In this document: in pieces, positions 1 to 8,414 of the stretch | Layout of the letters: each line of letters begins with the position of its first letter | Numbering within the stretch: the stretch's first letter is position 1 | NCBI GenBank assembly: GCA_003554375.1 | Contig: PWGF01000233.1 | Location: 1 to 37,053, forward strand | Length of the DNA stretch: 37,053 bases | From: Spirochaetaceae bacterium | GTDB taxonomy: Bacteria; Spirochaetota; Spirochaetia; DSM-27196; SKKC01 | Direction: 5' to 3' | Program-made: the position numbers and the translations under genes | Notes under the pieces: model-generated | Seen by the model: the letters and a program-made list of their open reading frames with translations, nothing else | The model's database searches: none | What the model was told of the DNA's origin: nothing

Positions 1-12
1 GGATCTTGATGC

Positions 13-1266
13 ATGCCTGTGCAAGTGGGGGAGGCATGCGCCGCGCGGGCGGGGGCAAGGAGGAAGCGCCTTTTGCGCCAAGGAAAGCAGTTCATAACGA
101 TCACCTTCAGTCTCCTGGCCCTGCTCGCAGCGACGGCACCGGCTGAGCGTGTCCACGAGCCGCGCCTCGCCCCGGCTGACCCCATCGCCGAGGGGATGGG
201 ATCAGCAACGGTCGCGCTTCCCGGAGACGGCCGTTCGTTCTTCAGTAACCCTGCAGGATTCGCGTCGCCCGGTGGAGAGTTGACGGTTGCCACAGGGGCG
301 GGGGCGGTGCGAGCTTCGCGCTCCAGCTTGGCCCGAATGCCTACCGATCTGCTGCTTGGGAACATGTCATTAACGCCGGACGGTCTCCCACGCTATTTCG
401 ATTCCGCCGTGTACGAAGGCCGGTTTCGACAGCGGGGCTCTGCAGGGATAGGCTTCGCCGGTAGTGGTCTTGGGCTAGCCCTCTTCGGAGCCGGGGAGAT
501 GACCTTGGAAGGTGGAGATGAGCCGACGGGGAGCTTGCTGAGTGAGCTGACTCTGGTAGGAGGACTCGGTGCTCCGCTGGAAGCGCTTGGGGGGCGATTC
601 CAATTTGGTGTTTCCGCGCGGCCGTTCGTGCGAATCTACGCCCCCGAGCTGTTCGGGGCGGAGATGGAGCGATATGAGGCGCTTCGTGAGGGGGAGTCCG
701 TAGTGGGAGCGTTCGGTGATGTGCCGACACGGAACGGCTTCGGTATAGCACTGGACGCGGGTGCGCTTTTCGAGCGGGGACCGTTCAGTGTTGGCATAGC
801 GGCGTTTGATATCGGTGATACGTCACTCTCGTATGAGGGGCACCCGTTGAGCAGTGTCGCGGACTCGTTTGCCGACGGCCGGCTGCCGGAAGGCGGAACT
901 GATGGTAACGAGCAGTTTGACCCTGATGCCCGCTACTTGGTACCGATGCAGACGCGCCTCGGAGCGGCCTTTTCCTCGGGTGTTGGCGCCTCTCTCTTCG
1001 GGACTGACTTGCTCTCAGTTACGCTAGGCGCGGAGCTTCGTGACTTACATTCTCTATTCTTCAAATCCTATTCTCCGACCGAGAATCTGCACACCGGGCT
1101 TGAACTGGAGCTTGCGCGTTTTGTTTCCGGACGGGCCGGCTACGCCGGAGGTGACTATACGCTCGGCGCTGGAATCCGGCTGGGCATCTTTCGATTGGAC
1201 AGCACGCTCCGTTTTGCCGAAAATGAAAGTGCGGAAGCTACGTTAGGTGCGTCGATTCGATTTTAG
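13..1266 (+). CDS. Outer-membrane beta-barrel protein, FadL/TraF/PorV-like (true start uncertain)
   Basis: Signal-peptide-like hydrophobic stretch, N-terminal GMG-x-A...F-SNPAG motif, amphipathic beta-strand pattern, C-terminal Phe (SIRF). Confidence 0.65.
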   Translation: MPVQVGEACAARAGARRKRLLRQGKQFITITFSLLALLAATAPAERVHEPRLAPADPIAEGMGSATVALPGDGRSFFSNPAGFASPGGELTVATGAGAVRASRSSLARMPTDLLLGNMSLTPDGLPRYFDSAVYEGRFRQRGSAGIGFAGSGLGLALFGAGEMTLEGGDEPTGSLLSELTLVGGLGAPLEALGGRFQFGVSARPFVRIYAPELFGAEMERYEALREGESVVGAFGDVPTRNGFGIALDAGALFERGPFSVGIAAFDIGDTSLSYEGHPLSSVADSFADGRLPEGGTDGNEQFDPDARYLVPMQTRLGAAFSSGVGASLFGTDLLSVTLGAELRDLHSLFFKSYSPTENLHTGLELELARFVSGRAGYAGGDYTLGAGIRLGIFRLDSTLRFAENESAEATLGASIRF

Positions 1267-1453
1267 ACGCCCGGTCGCCGAGCCTGGGGATTGCGGGCAA
1301 GCGCAAGGTTGCGGCAGCAGCGCCGGTTTGCGGTATTTCGATCCACCTGCAGGTGGTTTCCGCCGAGAGGCAGCGTCTTTCTCGGGACGACGCGAAGCGC
1401 TTCTGTGCCGGCGTGTCGGTCCAATGAGTAGACGTGCGATTAAAGGGGGTCCC

Positions 1454-2134
1454 ATGGGACGAGTACCGGCGGTTATGATCCGGGTGTGCGTGGTCGCGCT
1501 ATTGTCGCTTTCTTTCGTCGCATGCGAGCAGGTGTTTACCACCAACTGGTTCGGGTGGGCTCGGAGTCAGCCCGGCTCTATGTCCGACGAGGGGTTGGAC
1601 CGTTATGCTCGTGACGCGCTCCGCAGCGGAAACGACGTCCGTATGGCCGATGCGTTCGAGGAGCTGGCCGAGCGTTATGAAGACGAAGACGGGGATCTCG
1701 ACGAGCAGTACTGGCCGACGCTTCTGGATCTCGGGTTTGCCGTGTCCGGCGTGGGCGCCGTCGTGCTTTCGTTTCCGGAAGCGGGGGACGAGGGGTTCGC
1801 GGCCCTCGAGACGCAGATTCTGGCGGTTGATGACGAAGTAACGGACAGAACGCTGGCATGCCTCGATGAGATCGAGCCCGAAGCCGCGGGCGGCGATCGC
1901 TTTCTGTATGGGGCGTTGGCGGCGACCTTTCGGGCGGTTCAAGAAGCCGAAGGATGGGACGAGGTAGCGTCTGCTCCCTCCATGGGGGACCTGGATACGG
2001 ACGTTGCCGATAAGCTCGTTCGCGCGTTGGAATATGCGGATGAGGCGGAAAGGCTGCTCCTGGAGGGAGGCAAGATGAACGAGTTAAGAGAAGAGATGAT
2101 CGAAGTGGTCCGGGGGCTCGATCCTGATGAGTGA
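1454..2134 (+). CDS. Acidic hypothetical lipoprotein
   Basis: ATG at 1454 preceded by AAGGGGG, in frame with ORF 1247..2134; hydrophobic signal ending in lipobox SFVA-C; mature part D/E-rich and helical-looking. Confidence 0.65.
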   Translation: MGRVPAVMIRVCVVALLSLSFVACEQVFTTNWFGWARSQPGSMSDEGLDRYARDALRSGNDVRMADAFEELAERYEDEDGDLDEQYWPTLLDLGFAVSGVGAVVLSFPEAGDEGFAALETQILAVDDEVTDRTLACLDEIEPEAAGGDRFLYGALAATFRAVQEAEGWDEVASAPSMGDLDTDVADKLVRALEYADEAERLLLEGGKMNELREEMIEVVRGLDPDE

Positions 2135-2298
2135 TTCGGCTGCGTGGCCCCTCCAGCTGCGTAGGGCGATACAAGAGACGCCCGATCGCGCTATTCGCCT
2201 CGTCTGAGCAGGTCCCGCCGGGACCTGCAGTGGTATCCGGAGGTCCGGATCGGAATGACCAGATCAGTCGCTTTCGATAGGCGAAAAGGAGAGTTCGT

Positions 2299-3477
2299 GT
2301 GAGGTGGGTTTCGGTTGTTCTAGCAGGTGTTATGACCTTTGCGGCCGCTTTCTCCGCAGCAAGTTGGGAACGAGAGGCGGAGCTCTTCCGCGTGGTCAGC
2401 CCCAGGGCGCGTGCGTTGGGAGGGTATCACGCGGCGATGGCGGATGATTTCTACACCATGTTCAGCAATCCAGCGGGGTTTCGTTCGGTGGAGCGTACGA
2501 TCAACCTTGCAAGAATCGGCGGACACGCGTCGGGTCAGGGATTTCGCCTTCTTGAGCATGCTCTGGACGAGGACTTGGACGCGGAAGCGGTGTTCGGCGA
2601 TGACGGCGCAGCGGAGGATCTCTTAGGTGGCCACGCAGCGCTCGAGGTAACCGGGCCGCTGGCTTTCGGCTACGCGGGGAATGGAGCGGGGTTTGGACTC
2701 TTCAACAGCACAGGCGCAGTAGTCGCGGCGGACGCAGTGGGTGCCACGGAGTTGGTAGTCCGGGAGCACCTTGTCATGCGTGGCGGTTACGCTTTTCGTC
2801 TTGCCGGCGCTCGCGAGTCCTTGCCGACTGTCGACGCCGGCCTCACGTTGAATGCGTTCGTGTTGGGAGAGGGGAGGGACACCGTCCAGCCACTCGATGT
2901 ACCGGACTTGATCGATGATCCGTTTCAGACCGTGCAAGGCGATTTGCCGTTCGCGTTGCGGACGGGGGTCGGGCTTTCGGTGGGATTACTGGTGGACTGG
3001 GGAGGAGATTTCGCGGTCGGTATTACCGCGGATAACGTGTACGCGCCCCGGTTTGGGTTCGAATATGAGTCCCTCGGTGCGTTTATGAACGGCGACGGCG
3101 ATGGTGAGGAGTATACCGATCTCGATCTCGCGCCACTCGATTTGTCCTTCGGCGTAGCGGGCGACGTTCCGATCGGACCGTTGGCGCCTTACATCGACGG
3201 CGTGCGGCTTTTCTTGGATTACCGGGACGCCCTCGATTTCGTCGTGCTCGACCATGCGGATCATCCGCTTCTGAAGCTTAGCTTGGGCAGTGAAGTGACG
3301 GTTCTTGATATCGTCGATCTGCGGTTCGGACTAGGCCGCGGTCTCCCTGCCGTGGGAGTAGGGCTCGATCTGGAGTTTCTGAGCGTGAATGGAGCCGTCT
3401 ATGGCGCGGAGCTCTCTTCGCAACCGGGGGGGAATCCGGTGTATAACGTCGCCTTCGGCATAGACGTCACCTTATAG
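2299..3477 (+). CDS. Outer-membrane beta-barrel protein, FadL/TraF/PorV-like (paralog of first gene)
   Basis: GTG start after AAAGGAGA; signal peptide; SPRARALGG...MFSNPAG motif; beta-strand-rich C-terminus. Confidence 0.7.
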   Translation: MRWVSVVLAGVMTFAAAFSAASWEREAELFRVVSPRARALGGYHAAMADDFYTMFSNPAGFRSVERTINLARIGGHASGQGFRLLEHALDEDLDAEAVFGDDGAAEDLLGGHAALEVTGPLAFGYAGNGAGFGLFNSTGAVVAADAVGATELVVREHLVMRGGYAFRLAGARESLPTVDAGLTLNAFVLGEGRDTVQPLDVPDLIDDPFQTVQGDLPFALRTGVGLSVGLLVDWGGDFAVGITADNVYAPRFGFEYESLGAFMNGDGDGEEYTDLDLAPLDLSFGVAGDVPIGPLAPYIDGVRLFLDYRDALDFVVLDHADHPLLKLSLGSEVTVLDIVDLRFGLGRGLPAVGVGLDLEFLSVNGAVYGAELSSQPGGNPVYNVAFGIDVTL

Positions 3478-3535
3478 AACAAGCGCTCATAGAGCGAGGG
3501 TGGGCTGCTCGCTATGCGTGACGGGCCGGCGGCCG

Positions 3536-3563
3536 TTGACACAAGGCTTGGCCACGGTATAAG
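3536..3563 (+). promoter_or_regulatory. Sigma70-type promoter for tRNA-Lys
   Basis: TTGACA (3536-3541), 16 bp spacer, TATAAG (3558-3563), 13 nt before the tRNA. Confidence 0.6.
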
Positions 3564-3576
3564 TTAGCGCCCGTTC

Positions 3577-3649
3577 GGGCCGCTAGCTCAGGTGGTAGAG
3601 CAACGCCCTTTTAAGGCGTGGGTCGATGGTTCGAATCCATCGCGGCTCA
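3577..3649 (+). tRNA. tRNA-Lys(TTT), CCA not encoded
   Basis: Acceptor GGGCCGC/GCGGCTC+A, D arm GCTCAGGTGGTAGAGC, anticodon arm ACGCC-CTTTTAA-GGCGT, T arm GATGG-TTCGAAT-CCATC. Confidence 0.97.
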
Positions 3650-3896
3650 TTATAGCCCTTTGCTTAGCCGTTGGTTATACTTCTTTCCGCTTCATTGCAT
3701 CCGTACCCTGAGATGCGGTCTGAGAAGGATCGAGTGTGGGAGGTGCGCCGTGCGGCGTTCCCAGATGACAGGCGGTATGGTTGTCGATACCGCGAATGCC
3801 GACTGCGAGCGTTCCCGCGGGTTCTCCGAACGGGGGTTTCCCCGAATCGGATTGACGAGGCGCCCTTTCAAAACGGCGGTTTCGGCTTCCGCGGGT

Positions 3897-5393
3897 TCAC
3901 CTCGGCAGATAGCTGCTGCGAAGCTGCTTGAAAACCGCGTGGCGCCGGCGGAGCCATTCGTGCCGATCGGGACGCGGCTCAACGGGGGCTGAAGGAGGAG
4001 GTGCGGCCCGGGCGACCGCGTCTTCGAAGTCGGAATAGTGTCCGCCGGCAATAGCTCCCAACATTGCAGCCCCGACAGCCGACGCATTGGGTTGCTGCAT
4101 AGGCCGAAGCGGATGGCCGACCGTGTCCGCAAGGAGCTGGAGATACTCGGGGGACCGCGCCCCGCCGCCGCCTACCTTGATGGTGGCTCCGTTGCGCCCT
4201 CCCGCGGCCGCTATTCCCGCGGAACGAAGAACTGCTTCCAGTGCCTCACTGATCGCGAAGACTACGCCCTCCAAAGAGGCGTACCGGAGCGCGCGGCTCG
4301 AATGGGCCCGCCGGAGTCGCAGCCACGCGCCTGTTGCATCCTCACGCATGATCGGTGTCCGCTCACCGGTCAGATACGGCAAGAAGAACGGGCCATCCGG
4401 ATCGCTCGTAGTTTCGCAGCATTCAGCGGCTTCGAGCAGCTGATTCCATTCGATGCCGAGGATGTCGCAGACCCAGGTTAGTGAAGCCCCGGCGTTCTTG
4501 ACGCTTCCCTGAAGGGCGGTACCGCGAAGATGGCTGAAGACGTTCAGTCCGTGATGAACTCCGATCGTACCGAGGGTCGGCGAAACGACCTGGCCCCCGG
4601 TCCCGAGCATTACCTGAACGTCCCCCGGAGCAAGCACGCCGTTAGCAAGACATGCGGCTTGCTGGTCTCCGGCGCCGGTAGCGACGACGGTACCGGGCTC
4701 GAGAGCGAGAATCTGCGCTGCTTCTGTAGTCAGTTTGCCGCCGACTTCGCCAGGCTCCTTGACCGGTGGAAGAATGTGCTCGGGCAGATCGAAGAGCCGG
4801 CATACTTCGGGTGCCCACCGGCGCCTGCCTACATCGAACATGAGCGTAGCCGAGGCGTCGGTAGGGTCGGTCGCGATGTTGCCGGTCATGCGGTAGCGAA
4901 CGTAGTCTTTCACATGGAGAAGGACTGCCGCCTTTTCAAGCGACTCCGGCTCGTTCCGCGCGAGCCATACGAGGGGGCAGAGGGTTAATCCCGCAGCCAC
5001 TTGGTTCTGCACGCGCGAGAGGAGACCGGCCGCGGAGAGCCGCGCTTCGATTTCCGGCACCAGTGGACCCGCACGGGTGTCCATCCAGGTGACGGCCGGA
5101 CGGATCACCGAGCCGGTGTCGTCGAGCAGAACGAATGAGTGCATCTGTCCGGTAAGTCCGACCGCTAAGACTCGTAGTGCGCCTTGGCTCTTTCGAGCTG
5201 CTTCGACGGCCTCGCGGGTAGCTTCGCAGACGGCCAGCCACCACTGCTCGGGTATCTGCTCGGCCCATCCTGAGCCTGGTAAGCTCGTCTCATACGGACG
5301 TTGCGCTTCGCTCAGGATATGCCCGTCGAAGTCGACAAGACATACCTTCAGCGCCGAGGTGCCCAGGTCGACTCCGATTGTCGTCTCTCTCAT
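3897..5393 (-). CDS. xylB: Xylulokinase (FGGY kinase)
   Basis: GVDLGTS, GLTGQMHS, W.D.R, GAGDQQA, LPYLTGERTP and GGGARS motifs. Confidence 0.85.
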   Translation of the reverse strand: MRETTIGVDLGTSALKVCLVDFDGHILSEAQRPYETSLPGSGWAEQIPEQWWLAVCEATREAVEAARKSQGALRVLAVGLTGQMHSFVLLDDTGSVIRPAVTWMDTRAGPLVPEIEARLSAAGLLSRVQNQVAAGLTLCPLVWLARNEPESLEKAAVLLHVKDYVRYRMTGNIATDPTDASATLMFDVGRRRWAPEVCRLFDLPEHILPPVKEPGEVGGKLTTEAAQILALEPGTVVATGAGDQQAACLANGVLAPGDVQVMLGTGGQVVSPTLGTIGVHHGLNVFSHLRGTALQGSVKNAGASLTWVCDILGIEWNQLLEAAECCETTSDPDGPFFLPYLTGERTPIMREDATGAWLRLRRAHSSRALRYASLEGVVFAISEALEAVLRSAGIAAAGGRNGATIKVGGGGARSPEYLQLLADTVGHPLRPMQQPNASAVGAAMLGAIAGGHYSDFEDAVARAAPPPSAPVEPRPDRHEWLRRRHAVFKQLRSSYLPR

Positions 5394-5516
5394 AGCCCCA
5401 TGTCCAATTCTGAGTGATATGACCAGACTCGCGTGTTGTCACGGAGGAAGGCGGCTTCCCCGCGCCGGCGCGAGCCCGGGCAGTAGCTGTCGGCCGGAGC
5501 CCGACATGCGAGGATC

Positions 5517-6548
5517 TCACATGAGCGGGATGCCGTCCTTCCTGCACTCCTCCGCCATGGACTCCGGCCAGACCGATGCTTGGACCTCGCCGATGTGTGC
5601 TTTCCGCAGCAGGAACATGCAGAGACGCGACTGCCCGATGCCACCCCCGATCGTCTGGGGAAACTCACCCGCCAGAAACCGCTTGTGCCAGTAGAGCTCC
5701 TGCCGCTCCTGATTCTCCGTCAGAGCGAGCTGCCTGAGCAGCGCCTCACGATCCACTCGAATTCCCATAGACGATAGCTCCAGGGCTTTGTCGCGTACGG
5801 AGTCCCAGACGATGATGTCACCGTTCAGGCCGAAGCGACCGGGAGCTGTTTTCGTGGACCAGTCGTCGTAGTCCGGCGCGCGACGGCCATGAGGTTGCCC
5901 GTCGGAGAGCGCCCCACCGATGCCAACGACGAAAACGGCTCCATACTCTTGCGCAAGGCGGTCTTCGCGCTCTTCCGGGGTGAGCTCCGGATATCGTGTC
6001 CGAGCCTCTTCTGCATGGATTATTGCGATGCTTTCGGAGAGGCGGAGCGGGATGTCGGGATACTGTTCGTGGACGGCAAACTCGGTCCGCTTGACGGCGT
6101 TGTATATTCGCCGCACGATCTCGTACAGGAACGACTCGTTGCGCCGTCCTGATTGCATGACGAGCTCCCAGTCCCACTGGTCCACGTAGATCGAGTGCGT
6201 GGCATCGATGACGTCGTCCGGCCGAATTGCGTTCATGTCCGTGTATATTCCGGTTCCCGTCTCGTAACCGTAGTCGGCGAGCGCCATTCTCTTCCACTTG
6301 GCGAGCGATTGGACAATCTCCATTTCCGCTTCTTCGAGGTGGGCGACCGGAAACCTCACCGGCCGCTCGACGCCGGTCAAATCGTCGTTAATGCCGCTTC
6401 CCCGCCGCACAAATAGCGGCGATGTGGCTCGGAAGAGCCTGAGCTCGGTCGACAGCGTTCGCTCGAAAAAGGTCTTGATCTGCTTGATCGCGGTCTCGGT
6501 TTGCTTGATATCCAGAATAGGCCGATACGGCTTCGGTACAATCGACAT
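5517..6548 (-). CDS. asnA: Aspartate--ammonia ligase
   Basis: NDDLTGVERPV, EIVQSLAKWKR, HSIYVDQWDWE, RAPDYDDW and TIGGGIGQSRL motifs. Confidence 0.96.
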   Translation of the reverse strand: MSIVPKPYRPILDIKQTETAIKQIKTFFERTLSTELRLFRATSPLFVRRGSGINDDLTGVERPVRFPVAHLEEAEMEIVQSLAKWKRMALADYGYETGTGIYTDMNAIRPDDVIDATHSIYVDQWDWELVMQSGRRNESFLYEIVRRIYNAVKRTEFAVHEQYPDIPLRLSESIAIIHAEEARTRYPELTPEEREDRLAQEYGAVFVVGIGGALSDGQPHGRRAPDYDDWSTKTAPGRFGLNGDIIVWDSVRDKALELSSMGIRVDREALLRQLALTENQERQELYWHKRFLAGEFPQTIGGGIGQSRLCMFLLRKAHIGEVQASVWPESMAEECRKDGIPLM

Positions 6549-6555
6549 GGCGGTG

Positions 6556-6585
6556 AGAATAGTGTGGTTAAGGCCGGAAGAGCAA
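6556..6585 (-). promoter_or_regulatory. Putative promoter for a leaderless asnA mRNA
   Basis: Minus strand TTGCTC-N18-TATTCT, 7 nt before ATG, no Shine-Dalgarno. Confidence 0.5.
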
Positions 6586-6590
6586 CCCTG

Positions 6591-8411
6591 TCACGGTACG
6601 AGCGCGCCGGCCTGTGCAATGACTCCGCCCAGGAGAAATGCCGTGAGAACCGTCAGGACAAGTAACGCGATCGCAGCGCGCAGGCCGAGCTCTCTGGCCA
6701 AAGTGGCTACCACGGCAATGCACGGCACGTAGAAAAGTCCGACTGTGGCGCCCACGAAAGTCTGAAGCGTCGTGATCTCCATGTCCAGGAGCGGAAGCAC
6801 GGTGAGCTCCCGCCGCACGACGCCGAGTAGCAGCGGCGTCGCAGCCTCCTCCGGGAGACGAAGCCAGCCGGTCACGATGGGTGAGAGAAGCGCGCCGACC
6901 CGAGTCAGGATTCGGGTTTCGTAGAGGACCGCCGCGACGCCGACAGCCGCGACCATCGGGAGGGCACCGTCGACGAGGAAGTGCCGGACTCTTGCCAGAA
7001 GCTTCCGGCCCAGAACGCGCGGCTGTGGCACCAGGAGCTCCGGGATCTCCAGGATGAGTTCCGAGCGGCGGCCGGGAAGGAGTGCGTCCATCGCGAGACC
7101 TGCGACGGCGATGACGGCGAAGGAGAGACCGAAGAGCGCGACGACAAGCAGTATGCTCCGCTCGGCAAGCAGCGCAAAGATAGCGCCGGTTTGGGCAATG
7201 CATGGGACGGCAAGCGATATGAGGGTCGCCACGATGGCGCGTTCTCTGCCGGATCCCATGGCGCGCGTCGAGAGAATGCCCGGAATCGCGCATCCGTACC
7301 CAAGCAGGAGCGAGATGACATGTGACCCCCGCAATCCGATCTTACCCAGAAGCCCGTCGAGGAGAATTGCCAGTCGCGGAAGGTATCCGGAGTCCTCGAG
7401 GAGAGCCAGCACGAAGTAGAAGGAGAGTACGTATGGCAGCACCAGGGTAAACGGCCACTCGATGCCTTTGATGAGGAAGCCGTACTCGCCGATGAGAACG
7501 TCACGGGCAATCCCGGCCGGGACGAGTGACGCGACCCCTTCGCTCAAGGCCGGGAAGAGGTATCCTCGAGCTATAGGGAGGAGGAATGCCTGTCGAACCC
7601 CCATCCCGATGCCCACGATTGCCCCGAAGCTCACCGCAAGCACCCCGAAGGCAATCAGGAGTCCCGGCCACGGGTGCACCAGGGCGTCGCTCTGCGCTGG
7701 GTAGGATGCGGTCCGATCCCGCGGGTGGCCCGCCGGAGGCGCAGGTGCGGCCGGATTCCGCCCTTCGAGGTCCTGGATCTCCTCGAAGTGATCGGGGCAG
7801 TTGGAGCGCTCGGAGACGCATTCCTGTGCGATCTCTTCCGCGTGACGCCAGTAATCGCCTGTGAACGGTTCGGGGACTCTCGGGTGACTCAAAGTATCGG
7901 CAGCCGCAGCCTCCAATCGGTCCAAGCCCCACCCCGTGGGAGCGGCAGTGGGGATCACCGGTACGCCGAGGCGCTTCGCCAGAGTCTCCGAATCGATGTG
8001 TTTCCCCTTAGCGCCGGCAATGTCGCTTCGGTTGAGCGCGACCACCGTAGGCTGCCCCGCGGGAAGAATTTCGAGAATGAGGTGTATGCTACTATCCAGG
8101 TTGACCGCGTCGGCAACGATGAGAACGAGGTCGGCCGGCTCGCGGAGCATGGTGGTGGTGACTCGCTCGGCCTCGTTTGTTGCCGAAAGCGAATACGACC
8201 CGGGTAGGTCGATCAGGGATATCCGGTGGTCGCCGAGCCTGCCCGTGCCCTGAGCAACGTCCACCGTGGTCCCCGGGTAGTTCGCCACCAAGGTCCCGAG
8301 TCCGGTGAGCCGGTTAAAAATGACGCTCTTGCCGACGTTCGGCGGTCCGGCAAGAAGCACGCGGCGCGTGCCTCTGCAATGGGCTGTTCGAGAAGCTTTG
8401 TGGCATCTCAT
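6591..8411 (-). CDS. feoB: Ferrous iron transporter FeoB
   Basis: G1 GPPNVGKS, NYPGTTV, DLPG.YSL, LEDSGYLPR, gate motifs LGYGC.IP and FYVPC.A; multiple transmembrane segments. Confidence 0.92.
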   Translation of the reverse strand: MRCHKASRTAHCRGTRRVLLAGPPNVGKSVIFNRLTGLGTLVANYPGTTVDVAQGTGRLGDHRISLIDLPGSYSLSATNEAERVTTTMLREPADLVLIVADAVNLDSSIHLILEILPAGQPTVVALNRSDIAGAKGKHIDSETLAKRLGVPVIPTAAPTGWGLDRLEAAAADTLSHPRVPEPFTGDYWRHAEEIAQECVSERSNCPDHFEEIQDLEGRNPAAPAPPAGHPRDRTASYPAQSDALVHPWPGLLIAFGVLAVSFGAIVGIGMGVRQAFLLPIARGYLFPALSEGVASLVPAGIARDVLIGEYGFLIKGIEWPFTLVLPYVLSFYFVLALLEDSGYLPRLAILLDGLLGKIGLRGSHVISLLLGYGCAIPGILSTRAMGSGRERAIVATLISLAVPCIAQTGAIFALLAERSILLVVALFGLSFAVIAVAGLAMDALLPGRRSELILEIPELLVPQPRVLGRKLLARVRHFLVDGALPMVAAVGVAAVLYETRILTRVGALLSPIVTGWLRLPEEAATPLLLGVVRRELTVLPLLDMEITTLQTFVGATVGLFYVPCIAVVATLARELGLRAAIALLVLTVLTAFLLGGVIAQAGALVP

Positions 8412-8414
8412 GCG

